Source of the DNA: an uncultured Candidatus Rokubacteria bacterium
Lineage (GTDB): Bacteria > Methylomirabilota > Methylomirabilia > Rokubacteriales > DASRDR01
Direction of reading: 5' to 3'
NCBI GenBank assembly: GCA_963805625.1
Contig: CAWDVE010000016.1
Coordinates: forward strand, 1 to 64,000
DNA length: 64,000 nt
A program made the translations under genes and the position numbers. Shown one piece after another: positions 48,951-58,575 of the stretch (its first letter is position 1; every line of letters begins with the position of its first letter). Below the pieces are notes generated by a model. It saw only the letters and a list, made by a program, of their open reading frames with translations. It made no database searches and was not told the DNA's origin.

Positions 48951-49623
48951 ATGGCGCAGCGCCTCCGCCGTCCAGTCGGTCAGGAGATTCCAGTGGCGCG
49001 CGGCGGCCGACCGGTGCGTGTCGAGCCACCGTCGCTCGGCCTCCGTGAGCGTGGCGCGGCCCGAGGGTGTCCTCGCGCGCCAGCCGGCTCCGGTCGAGGG
49101 CGGCCTCGAGCGCGCGCAGGGCCCCGAGGCGCGACCCGTCGCCCTCGCGCTCGGCCACCTCGCGCGCCAGGCTCACGACGAAGCCGAGGCGGTTCTGGAG
49201 GTCGCGCACCTTGGCCTCGCGCACGAGCCACGCCGGGTCGAGGTTCCAGTAGCGGAGGAGCAACCAGGGCAGGGCCTCGACCACGCGCGCCTCGAGCTCG
49301 GGCTGGGCGAGGGCGGTGAGCAGCACCGCGCCGGGATGCTTCGCGACACCGGGCCGGCGCGCGAGGTGGGCGAAACCCGGATAGCCGAGGGCCGCGAGGT
49401 CCTGGGCAAGCGTCGCGGCGCCGACCCGCGGCGCCACCCGGGTGGGGGGCAGGACAGTCGGCGCCAGGCTGTAGATCCGCATCGCCCGCCGCGCCACGGC
49501 GGGTGTGAGCGGCCGCTGCCCAGTCTCGAGCATGGCGAGGTAGGGCTGGGAGACCCCGAGCCGGGCGGCGGCCCGGGCCTGGGTCCACCCCCGAGACTGC
49601 CGGGCGGTTCGCAGCTGGTTCAT
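48942..49623 (-). pseudogene. XRE-HTH protein (probable partner of the nucleotidyltransferase), frameshift near 49060
   Basis: LRTARQSRGWTQARAAARLGVSQPYLAMLETG HTH; LQNRLGF; C-terminal ERRWL...HWNLLTD in a shifted frame. Confidence 0.7.
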
Positions 49624-49878
49624 CGTGGCCTGAGTCTATCACAGAGCATGTAATATCATCGTCGTGGACTCGACCAGCGGACCGGGACGCGGCTCCGTCG
49701 GGACTTCGCACGGACCGATCGAGTTCCACCTGTCTGTTCTGTTTAACCATCCGGTTGCTCATGGATGTGTCCCGGTCAAGAACTCCATCTGCTGGTCGCG
49801 GCTGAACTTGCCTGACCACCTCCGCCCCTCATCCGATAGAGTCGGGCCTTAGCCGCCATACCTGATGCGGAGGGCCTG

Positions 49879-50834
49879 ATGATTCTGCTGATACTGGGGA
49901 TCGGTCTCTGGACGTTCCTGCGCGCCGTCTCTACCGGTGCGGCCGCTGTCACGCTCGAGAATCTCGCGCTCCGCCATTAACTCCTAGACTAGTCCTCCAG
50001 CGATCCATTGGCCGACCACGCCTGGCGCGGCGGGATCGGATCCTGTGGGTCTGGCTGTCAGCTCCCCTGGCGGTGGAAGTCCAGCCCGAACCCGGTCGGG
50101 CGCCCAAAGCTCGCCGCCGAGCTTCGCCGTCTGATTCATCGGATGGCGCGGGACAATCCGACGTGGGGCCGGCGGCGGATCCAGGCGGAACTCGCCCTGC
50201 TCGGCGACGTGGTCGCCGAGCTGACCGTCAGCAAATACATGCACCGACCGTTCCCTCGATCCTCGCCGACTTGGCGCGCCTTTCTGGCCGCACATGCCCG
50301 GGAAATCGTGGGCGTGGACTTCTTCCTCGTGCCGACCCTGACCTTTCGCCTTCTGTTCGTGTTCGTCGTGCTCCGCCACGACCGCCGCGAACTCCTCCAC
50401 GTCAACGTCACGGAGCACCCCACGGCCAGCTGGACCGCCCGGCAACTCGTCGAGGCGTTCCGGGACGATTCCGCTCCACGGTTTCTGCTCCGGGATCGAG
50501 ACGCGATCTACGGCGAGGCGTTCGGGCGGGGAGTCACGGGTATGGGGATCCGCGAGATCCTCACCGCCCCACGCGCACCCTGGCCGAACCCCTTCGTGGA
50601 GCGGGTGATCGGCTCCATTCGCCGCGAGTGCCTGGATCACTTCCTCATTCTGAGCGACGCCCGTCTGCGCCGCCTCCTGCGCGCCTACCTCGCCTACTAC
50701 AACAGGTGCGGCCCCATCAGGCGCTCGACAACAACAGTCCATGGCCCCGCTCGGTGCAGCCCTCAACGCGCGGGCGTGTAGTGGCGATCCCGCAGGTCGG
50801 CGGGCTCCATCACCTTTACCAGCGTGCGTCCTGA
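49879..50834 (+). pseudogene. Integrase-core (rve) transposase pseudogene
   Basis: LENLALRH-stop, NPTWGRRRIQAEL, DFF, LLRDRDAIYG, PWPNPFVERVIGSIRRECLDH, GGLHHLY; stops and frameshifts. Confidence 0.85.
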
Positions 50835-51188
50835 TCGCGGTCGATCGCCCGGCCCGGCACGCCGCGTGTGCCGGCGGGGCCGTGTTCCCGCGCGGCGGGC
50901 GTGGTCGGCGATCCGGATCGCAGCCGCCCCGGGCGCTCGCGCAAGCCTATGGCCATTACCGCACGCGGCGGAATCGAGACAGTCTGGCCGATGCGGTTTC
51001 TGACCGGGACAGGTGTCCGCCGCCTGACCCGCGCACGATCGCGCCCCCCACCGGGCGCCGCCGTCTCCGTCTGTTCGCGGACCCCAGAGGGGAGGGTTCC
51101 GGGCCCTCCGCTCCAAGCTCCCGATGCACTTGGCGGCCCCGGCGGTTGTCGGCGCCTCGGGCCGGGGTCTATGCTCGGGGACGGCGCG

Positions 51189-52355
51189 ATGCGGACACCG
51201 GTCGAGATCCTGATCGTGGGCGGCGGCGTGGTCGGCTGCAGCATCGCCTATCACCTGGCCCGGCGCGGCGCGCGCGGCGTCGTCGTGCTCGAGCAGGGAA
51301 CGGTCGGCTCCGGCTCCTCCGGCAAGGCCGTCGGCGGCGTGCGCCAGCAGTTCTCGACGCCGGTGTGCGTCCGGATGAGTCAGGTGAGCCTCGAGGTCTT
51401 CCGGCGCTTCGAGGCCGAGCTGGGCGCCGACCCGCTCTTCGACCCCTGCGGGTATCTCCTCGTCACGCGCGAGACGGACGAGATGGCGGCGTTCGAGCGC
51501 AACGTCCGGATGCAACAGGGCCTCGGGGTCGACGTGCGGCTCGTCACGCCGGCCGAGATCGGGCGGATCCACCCGTGGGTTGCCGTGGGCGATCTGGTCG
51601 GCGGGGCCTTCTGTCCGACGGACGGGGTCGCCGGGCCCGCCGAGGTCACGGCCGCCTTCGGACGCCGCGCCGCCGAACTGGGGGTCCGGATCCGCGAGGG
51701 CTGCCCGGTCACGGGGATCCGCATGCGTGACGGCCGGGTGGAGGCCGTGGAGACGCCCGCGGCCACGCTCGCCCCCGGCACGCTGGTCGTCGCCGCCGGC
51801 GCGTGGTCCGGCCGAGTCGGCGAGTGGCTCGGCGTGGACATTCCCGTCCGGCCGCTCAAGCGCGAGGTCTTCGTGAGCGAGGCGCTGCCGGACCACCCGC
51901 CGGCGACGCCGATGGTGATCGAGCCGGCGCGGTCGTGGTACTGCCGCCGGGAGGGGCCCGGCGTTCTCATGGCCGGCGGGCTCGGTCCCGGGTCGACGTT
52001 CGACACCGCGGTGGACTGGGCGAACCTCGCCACCTCCGCCGAGTGGGCGGTCCACCGCATGCCCCCGCTGGAGCACGCCGCGTTCACGCGGGCCTGGGCC
52101 GGCTCGCTCGACATGACGCCCGACGGCAACGCCATCCTCGGGCCCGTGCCGAATCTCTCGGGCGTGTACGTCGCCGCGGGGTTTAGCGGACACGGGTTCA
52201 TGCACAGTCCCGCCACCGGCCAGCTCATGGCCGAGCTGATCCTCGACGGGGCGGCGCGGACGGCAGACATCGCGCCGCTCGGGCTCGAGCGCTTCGCGCG
52301 CGGCGCGTGGCTGAGCGAGGCGCTGGTGTTCAGCCGGCCGCCGGAGGAGGGCTGA
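51189..52355 (+). CDS. FAD-dependent amine oxidoreductase (DadA / sarcosine oxidase beta family)
   Basis: IVGGGVVG, GGVRQQF, AAGAWS, TPDGNAILG, GFSGHGFM. Confidence 0.9.
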   Translation: MRTPVEILIVGGGVVGCSIAYHLARRGARGVVVLEQGTVGSGSSGKAVGGVRQQFSTPVCVRMSQVSLEVFRRFEAELGADPLFDPCGYLLVTRETDEMAAFERNVRMQQGLGVDVRLVTPAEIGRIHPWVAVGDLVGGAFCPTDGVAGPAEVTAAFGRRAAELGVRIREGCPVTGIRMRDGRVEAVETPAATLAPGTLVVAAGAWSGRVGEWLGVDIPVRPLKREVFVSEALPDHPPATPMVIEPARSWYCRREGPGVLMAGGLGPGSTFDTAVDWANLATSAEWAVHRMPPLEHAAFTRAWAGSLDMTPDGNAILGPVPNLSGVYVAAGFSGHGFMHSPATGQLMAELILDGAARTADIAPLGLERFARGAWLSEALVFSRPPEEG

Positions 52356-54063
52356 CCGCGCGGAGCGCGGCGGTCGCATCGGCGTCGACGCGGCCGGCCA
52401 GGTCCACCGCCACCCGGTACACGTCCCGAGCGGCCGCCACCGAGATCTTCCCGTCGAGCGCGTCGCGCAGCACCGCATCCGGCTCGCGCTCGGCCGGTGG
52501 CCCCCAGCCGCCGCCGCCGGGGGTCTCCAGGCGCACGAGGTCCCCAGCCGCGATCGTGAGGTTCGTCGCCTTCGAGGGAAGCCGGACCTCCGTTCCGTCC
52601 GCGCGGACGAGCCAGTGGCGCGAGGGCGCGCCGTCGGCGCCGCCGAGGACCCCGCCCGGCGGGACCGTCTGGGCGTCGGAGCGGTTCGTGAAGTACCCGT
52701 CGCCGGACAGGTAGCGCACGTCGCGCCGGAGCCCGAGCCCGCCCCGGTGCCGGCCGGCCCCCGCGGAGTCCGCCAGGAACTCGTATCGCTCGACCCGGAG
52801 CGGGTACTCGAGCTCGAGCGCCTCGATCGGGACGTCGAGGCAGTTGGCCATCAGGCCGAAGGTCGCATCGAGGCCGTCGCCGGCCGGGGTCGCACCCCAG
52901 CCGCCGCCCAGGATCTCGAAGAAGACGTACGGCGTGTCGACGTCGGGCCGCCGTCCGGAGACCGAGAACGAGGTGAGGTGCGCGTGCCCGCTGCCGACCG
53001 CCCGGGTGCCGCGCGCCTGGTTGAACGCCATCACGATCGTGTTCGCGATCCGTTCGAGGGTGTGAAAGCGGCCGGAGAGCGGCGCCGGCGGCACCGGCTT
53101 GACGATGCTCCGCTCGGGGAGGACGACACGGATCGGGCGGTAGCATCCCTCGTTCTGCAGGATTAGCGGGTTCACCATGTAGCGGACGGCGCAGTACACG
53201 GAGGCGTACGCCGAGGAGAGGGCGCAGTTGAACGGGCCGCGGACCTGGGGGCTCGACCCGGTGAAGTCGACGGTCACGTCGCCGTCCTCCACCGTTACCG
53301 TCACCGCGATCCGGACCGGCGTGTCCGAGATGCCGTCGCCGTCCATGAATCCCTCGGCGGCATAGCGGCCGTTCGGATAGGCGCGGAGGTCCTCCCGCAT
53401 GAGCCGCTCGGAGTTGTCGAGGCTGGCCGCGACGATGGCGGCCAGCGGCTCCGCCCCGTGGCGCTCCGCCAGCTCGAGATAGCGGCGCTCGCCGACGGTG
53501 ACCGCCGCCACCTGGGCCCTCAGGTCCCCGAGCGTCTTCCGCGGCTCGCGGATGTTGCTGGCGATCAGGTCGAAGATCTCCTCGAAGAGGACGCCCCGCC
53601 GGTAGAGCTTCAGCGGCGGGATCATCAGCCCCTCCTCGAAGATGTCCCGGGCGTCGGTCGAGATGCTACCCGCCGCCCGCCCGCCGACGTCCAGGTGATG
53701 GCCGAGGGAGCCTGCTAGGGCGACCAGCCGGTCCCCGTGGAAGACCGGCTTGAAGATCATGATGTCCGGGTGGTGCGTGCCGCCCCGGTAGGGGTGATTG
53801 AGGATCACCACGTCGCCGGGCTCGAGGGGCACGGTCTGGAGGAGCGTCTTGGCGGCCAGGCTGAGCGTGCCCTGGTGGGACGGCACGTGGTCCGCCTGGG
53901 CGATGAGCTGGCCGGCGGGATCGAACAGCGCCGTCGAGCAGTCCATCTCCTCCCGGATCAGGGTCGAGTACGCCGTCCGCATGAGGGTGGTGCCCATCTC
54001 GCGGACGGCCGAGACCAGGTAGTTGCCGACCACCTCCAGCGTGACCGGATCCACCGCCGCCAT
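52330..54063 (-). CDS. Hydantoinase B / 5-oxoprolinase family protein
   Basis: DPVTLEV, TAYSTLIRE, NHPYRGGTHHPD, GAGRHRGG, TPGGGGWG. Confidence 0.93.
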   Translation of the reverse strand: MAAVDPVTLEVVGNYLVSAVREMGTTLMRTAYSTLIREEMDCSTALFDPAGQLIAQADHVPSHQGTLSLAAKTLLQTVPLEPGDVVILNHPYRGGTHHPDIMIFKPVFHGDRLVALAGSLGHHLDVGGRAAGSISTDARDIFEEGLMIPPLKLYRRGVLFEEIFDLIASNIREPRKTLGDLRAQVAAVTVGERRYLELAERHGAEPLAAIVAASLDNSERLMREDLRAYPNGRYAAEGFMDGDGISDTPVRIAVTVTVEDGDVTVDFTGSSPQVRGPFNCALSSAYASVYCAVRYMVNPLILQNEGCYRPIRVVLPERSIVKPVPPAPLSGRFHTLERIANTIVMAFNQARGTRAVGSGHAHLTSFSVSGRRPDVDTPYVFFEILGGGWGATPAGDGLDATFGLMANCLDVPIEALELEYPLRVERYEFLADSAGAGRHRGGLGLRRDVRYLSGDGYFTNRSDAQTVPPGGVLGGADGAPSRHWLVRADGTEVRLPSKATNLTIAAGDLVRLETPGGGGWGPPAEREPDAVLRDALDGKISVAAARDVYRVAVDLAGRVDADATAALRAVSPPPAAG

Positions 54064-54065
54064 CC

Positions 54066-56129
54066 TCAGCGCTCCACCACGACTAGGAGGTTCCCCATGG
54101 CGTCGACGGTGCCGCGATGCCCGGGATACACGACCACGGTCGCCCCCGGCTCCTCCACGAATGCAGGGCCGGCCACCACCGCTCCCGCGCCCAGGCCGTG
54201 GCGCTCGAAGACGGGGCAGGGGAGCCACCCCGCGGCCCCGAAGTAGGCGTGGCGTTCGCCCTTGCGCACCGGGACGTCGCCGCTCGCTCCGCCCGTCAGC
54301 GGCGCGAGCTCGGCCTTCCGCACGATGCCGATGCCGGTCACCCGGAAGTTGACGAGCTCCACCGGCTCCCGCTCGTCCGCCTGGCCGTAGCTCCGCCGGT
54401 GCGCGGCGTGGAAGCCGGCCACCAGGGCGCCGACGTCCACGATGCTCCCCGGGCGGGATGGCGGCACGGGCACGCTCACCTCGTAGGCCTGCCCGTGATA
54501 GCGCATATCGCAGGCGCGCTCGAGCAGCATGCGGGCGGGCGGGATGCCCTCGTCCCGCAGCGTGGCGAGGAGCCGCGTCTCGAGCCCGCCGAAGAGGGTC
54601 TCGATGGCGGCGCCGTCCGCCGACGTGGCGGCGACCAGGCGCGTCACCACCCGGGTGTGCTTCACGTCGGTCATCAGCAAGCCGAGCGCCGACAGCACGC
54701 TCGGATGCACGGGGACGAGGATGCGGCCGATGCCCATCTCCTCGGCCACGCGCCCGGCGTAGAGCGCGCCCGCCCCCCCGAAGGGGAGGAGCGCGAACGC
54801 GCGCGGGTCGATGCCCTGCTCGACCGAGACCGCGCGGATGCCGCTCACCATGTTGGCAACCTGGACGCGGACGATCGCCTCCGCAGCGTCGGCCAGGTCG
54901 AGGCCGAGCGGTCGCGCGATGCGGTCGGCGATGCTCGCACGGGCGGCATCCGGCGCCAGGGCGAGGTCGCCGCCCAGGAAGTAGCTCGGGTCGATCAGCC
55001 CCAGCACGACGGCCGCATCCGTGCTGGTCGGCTCCGTGCCCCCGCGGCCATAGCAGGCGGGGCCCGGGTCCGCGCCCGCGCTCTCCGGGCCGACCTTCAA
55101 CGTGCCGCGGAAGAACCGGGCAACGCTCCCGCCGCCGGCGCCGATCGTGTGCGTGTCCACCTGCGGGATCTTCACGGGGAAGCCGCCGACGCGCCCCTCG
55201 GCGGCGAGTCCCACCCGACCGTCCCGGACCAGGCTCACGTCGAGGCTCGTCCCGCCCATGTCCATGGTGATGACGTCGCGGAGGCCGGCGGCGCCGGCGA
55301 CCGCGACGGCGCCGCCGACGCCGCCCGCCGGCCCCGAGAGCAGCGTCCGCACGGGCTCGGTCCGGGCCTGGACGCTCGACATCACCCCGCCGTTGGACTG
55401 CATGATCCGGAGGGGCGCGCGGAGGCCGGCCGCGGCCAGCTCCGCCTCGAGCCGCGCCGCCAGGTGGCGGACCTTCGGCATCACGTACGCGTTGAGCGCC
55501 GTGGTACAGGTCCGCTCGTACTCGCGGAACTCGGGGCAGACCTCCGACGAGAGCGAGACGTCGAGGCCCGGTGCCGCGCGCTCGATGGCGGCGCGCAGCC
55601 GCCGCTCGTGCTCGGGGCGGAGGAACGAGAAGAGGAGGGCGACCGCCACCGCCTCGACGCCGAGGATCGCCACCTCAGCGGCCACGCGCTCCGCCTCGGC
55701 GTCGGTCAGCGGCACCACGGTCGACCCGTCCGCCGCGATTCGCTCGTCCACCTCCCGCCGCCACCGGCGGGGGACGAGCGGCTCCGGCCGCTGCAGGGCG
55801 AGGTCGAACAGCCGGTGGCGCCACTGCCGCTGGATCTCCAGCACGTCCCGCGTGCCGCGCGTGGCGACGAGGGCGGTGCGCCCGCCCTTTCGCTCGAGCA
55901 CAGCGTTGGTCGCGACCGTGGTCCCGAAGATGAAGCGCTCGATCGCCGCGGGGCGGATCCCGTGCCGCTCCTCGAGCCGCGCCAGCCCGCGGGCGATCGC
56001 GCGCGCCGGATCGGCAGGCTCGGAGGCGACCTTGAGGGTGTGGATCGCCCCCGTCTGGACGTCCAGGGCCACGAAGTCGGTGAAGGTCCCGCCGGTGTCG
56101 ACCCCCACGTGGTGCGTGCGGCGCTCCAT
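54066..56129 (-). CDS. Hydantoinase A / 5-oxoprolinase family protein
   Basis: GVDTGGTFTD, GTTVATNA, REYER, SGPAGG, DMGGTS, GAGGGS. Confidence 0.93.
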   Translation of the reverse strand: MERRTHHVGVDTGGTFTDFVALDVQTGAIHTLKVASEPADPARAIARGLARLEERHGIRPAAIERFIFGTTVATNAVLERKGGRTALVATRGTRDVLEIQRQWRHRLFDLALQRPEPLVPRRWRREVDERIAADGSTVVPLTDAEAERVAAEVAILGVEAVAVALLFSFLRPEHERRLRAAIERAAPGLDVSLSSEVCPEFREYERTCTTALNAYVMPKVRHLAARLEAELAAAGLRAPLRIMQSNGGVMSSVQARTEPVRTLLSGPAGGVGGAVAVAGAAGLRDVITMDMGGTSLDVSLVRDGRVGLAAEGRVGGFPVKIPQVDTHTIGAGGGSVARFFRGTLKVGPESAGADPGPACYGRGGTEPTSTDAAVVLGLIDPSYFLGGDLALAPDAARASIADRIARPLGLDLADAAEAIVRVQVANMVSGIRAVSVEQGIDPRAFALLPFGGAGALYAGRVAEEMGIGRILVPVHPSVLSALGLLMTDVKHTRVVTRLVAATSADGAAIETLFGGLETRLLATLRDEGIPPARMLLERACDMRYHGQAYEVSVPVPPSRPGSIVDVGALVAGFHAAHRRSYGQADEREPVELVNFRVTGIGIVRKAELAPLTGGASGDVPVRKGERHAYFGAAGWLPCPVFERHGLGAGAVVAGPAFVEEPGATVVVYPGHRGTVDAMGNLLVVVER

Positions 56130-56239
56130 GACCCCCCTTGCGTGCGGTGGCCTGCCTATACTACCTATCCTCCATACGCCCGTCGATCCGCCGGGCGGTC
56201 CCTCTCCAGGTGAGTGGCACACGCCACAAGGAGGCGAAC

Positions 56240-57316
56240 ATGGCGAAGGTGGATGGGGTCTCGCGACGTACCGTGCTGCGGGGTGCCGCCGGCGCAGTGC
56301 TGGGGGCGCCCCTGGTTCTCGTGTCGCGGAAGTCGGTCGCCCAGGGCAAGCGGATCGTCATCCGGGATCCGGGCGGGCCGTTCACGGTGGCGTTCGCCGA
56401 GGCGTACTACAAGCCGTTCCGCGAGGCCACGGGGATCGAGGCCGTGGGGGTGGCGTCCGCCCACGAGCCGACCAGCCAGATCAAGAGCATGGTCGACACG
56501 AAGACGTACACGTGGGACATGGCACTCCTGAGCCAGGCTGCCTCCGACCAGCTACTCAAGGAGGGCGACTACCTCGAGAAGATCGGGCTCGACCACCTGC
56601 CCGGGGTCCAGGAGCTCCGGCCCGAGTTCCGGGACGCCCACAACTACGGCAACGACGTGTACACGGCCGTCATCGGCTACCGGACCGACGCCTTCAAGGG
56701 CCGGAAGGTACCGGTCTCGTGGAAGGACCTCTGGGACGTCTCAGGCATCCCCGGGCGGCGGTCCATCCGCAAGCACCCCTTCGACACCATCGAGGAGGCG
56801 CTCCTGGCTGACGGCGTGCCGAAGGACAAGCTGTACCCCTGCGACATCGACCGGGCGTTTAAGAGCCTCGATCGCATCAAGAAGGACGTTGCCGTGTGGT
56901 GGACTGGCGGAGCGCAGGCCACCCAGATGATCAAGAGCGGCGAGGTCGACATGGTGCCAACCTGGAACGCACGCATCCAGGCCGCGATCGACGAGGGTGC
57001 GCCGGCCGCCATCTCCTGGGAGCAGGGCCTGTGGGCGGTGGAGGGCTGGTCCATCCTGAAGGGGACGCCCAACGCCGACCTCTGCCGGAAGTTCGTCGAG
57101 TTCTGCGCCGACCCGAAGCGGCAGGCGGCCTACACCCGGCACCTCTCCTACGGCCCGACGAACCCGAGCGCCTACAAGTTCGTGGACCCCAAGCGGGCGC
57201 CTGTGCTCCCGACGCACCCGGACAACTATGCCCGGACGATCAAGGTCGACTACAAGTACTGGGGAAGCAACAAGGACAAGGTCACCGAGCGGTTCAACGC
57301 CTGGCTGATCTCCTGA
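56240..57316 (+). CDS. ABC substrate-binding protein (PotD-like), Tat-exported
   Basis: SRRTVLRG twin-arginine signal, AGGAGG RBS, SWKDLWD, ALLADGV, WNAR. Confidence 0.9.
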   Translation: MAKVDGVSRRTVLRGAAGAVLGAPLVLVSRKSVAQGKRIVIRDPGGPFTVAFAEAYYKPFREATGIEAVGVASAHEPTSQIKSMVDTKTYTWDMALLSQAASDQLLKEGDYLEKIGLDHLPGVQELRPEFRDAHNYGNDVYTAVIGYRTDAFKGRKVPVSWKDLWDVSGIPGRRSIRKHPFDTIEEALLADGVPKDKLYPCDIDRAFKSLDRIKKDVAVWWTGGAQATQMIKSGEVDMVPTWNARIQAAIDEGAPAAISWEQGLWAVEGWSILKGTPNADLCRKFVEFCADPKRQAAYTRHLSYGPTNPSAYKFVDPKRAPVLPTHPDNYARTIKVDYKYWGSNKDKVTERFNAWLIS

Positions 57317-57440
57317 TCGCCACTCCGCGGTCCCTAATCCTCGCGACCCACGACGTGCGCTCGGGGGGACGGTCCAGCGCCCCGTCTCCCCGGGACGCTC
57401 CCGGTGTCCGGGGAGCGGGACGCGCGGGACTCGCCGCCTG

Positions 57441-58520
57441 ATGCCGGACTCCAAGCTCGAGGTGCGCGACCTCCGGAAGGCCTACGGCGCCGTCGTCGCG
57501 GTCGCCGAGGCGAACCTGGACGTCCGCGAGGGCGAGTTCGTCACGCTCCTGGGCCCCTCCGGATCCGGCAAGACGACGCTCCTCATGATCGTCGCCGGCC
57601 TGATCCAACCCGACCGCGGTGAGGTGTGGATCGATGGGCGGCTTGCCACCTACGTCCCGAGCTTCAAGCGCGACATCGGGATGGTGTTCCAGAGCTACGC
57701 CTTGTTTCCCCACCTCACCGTGTTCGAGAACATCGCGTTCCCCCTCCGCATGCGCCGGATGTCGGAAGCGACCATCGCCCAGGAGGTGCGGCGCGTCCTC
57801 GAGATCGTGCGGCTCCCCGACGTCGGGGACCGCCTGCCCCGGGCGCTCTCGGGCGGGCAGCAACAGCGGGTGGCGCTGGCCCGCTGCATCGTGTACCGCC
57901 CCTCGATCGTGCTCATGGACGAGCCGCTGGGGGCGCTCGACAAGAAGCTCCGCGACCAGATGCAGCTCGAGATCAAGCACCTGCACACCGCGCTCGGGAT
58001 CACGGTCCTCTACGTCACGCACGACCAGGAAGAGGCCATGATCATGTCCGACCGGATCTGCCTGATGAACGACGGGCGCATCGAGCAGATCGGGTCGCCC
58101 CAGGAGCTGTACTTCAGGCCGCGGACGCTCTTCGCCGCCGACTTCCTCGGGGAGTCGAACATGTTGGACGCCACCGTTCTCGCGGTCGAGGGCGGCCTCC
58201 TCGTCCTCGGCGGGACCGCGGGCGCGGGTCTCCGCGCCCGGGCGGCGCCGAGCGTCCGGCTGGGCGATCGCGTCAAGCTGGTGGTCCGGCCGGAGCGCCT
58301 CGCCCTCCTCGGTCCCGGCGAGGAGGCGGAGAACGTGCTGGACGGTGTGCTCCGCGAGGTGATCCTGGTCGGCGGCGTGACGAAGTACTACGTCGTCGTC
58401 GGGGACGGGCGGACGGTGTCGGCGGCGCAGCTCACAGCCGGGCCGCCCGGGCGGATCGCCGCCGACGCCAAGGTGCGGGTGGGCTGGGCCACGGACAGCG
58501 GCGTGGTGCTGCCGGCGTGA
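57441..58520 (+). CDS. ABC ATP-binding protein (PotA-like)
   Basis: [25 protein letters not shown]. Confidence 0.93.
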   Translation: MPDSKLEVRDLRKAYGAVVAVAEANLDVREGEFVTLLGPSGSGKTTLLMIVAGLIQPDRGEVWIDGRLATYVPSFKRDIGMVFQSYALFPHLTVFENIAFPLRMRRMSEATIAQEVRRVLEIVRLPDVGDRLPRALSGGQQQRVALARCIVYRPSIVLMDEPLGALDKKLRDQMQLEIKHLHTALGITVLYVTHDQEEAMIMSDRICLMNDGRIEQIGSPQELYFRPRTLFAADFLGESNMLDATVLAVEGGLLVLGGTAGAGLRARAAPSVRLGDRVKLVVRPERLALLGPGEEAENVLDGVLREVILVGGVTKYYVVVGDGRTVSAAQLTAGPPGRIAADAKVRVGWATDSGVVLPA

Positions 58521-58575
58521 TCCCCCGGGCCGAAGGCCGTCCGATCAGTTCCTCGAGCGGGGCCAGGGCCGCCTG

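Noticed and set aside
54117-56213. Long antisense ORFs (also 3519-5333, 50763-52478 and many others)
   Set aside because: Shadow frames of real genes in high-GC DNA; Arg/Pro/Gly-rich with no domain motifs.
57361-57420. GC-rich hairpins after the binding-protein gene
   Set aside because: No T-tract; an ordinary intra-operon stabilising structure at best.
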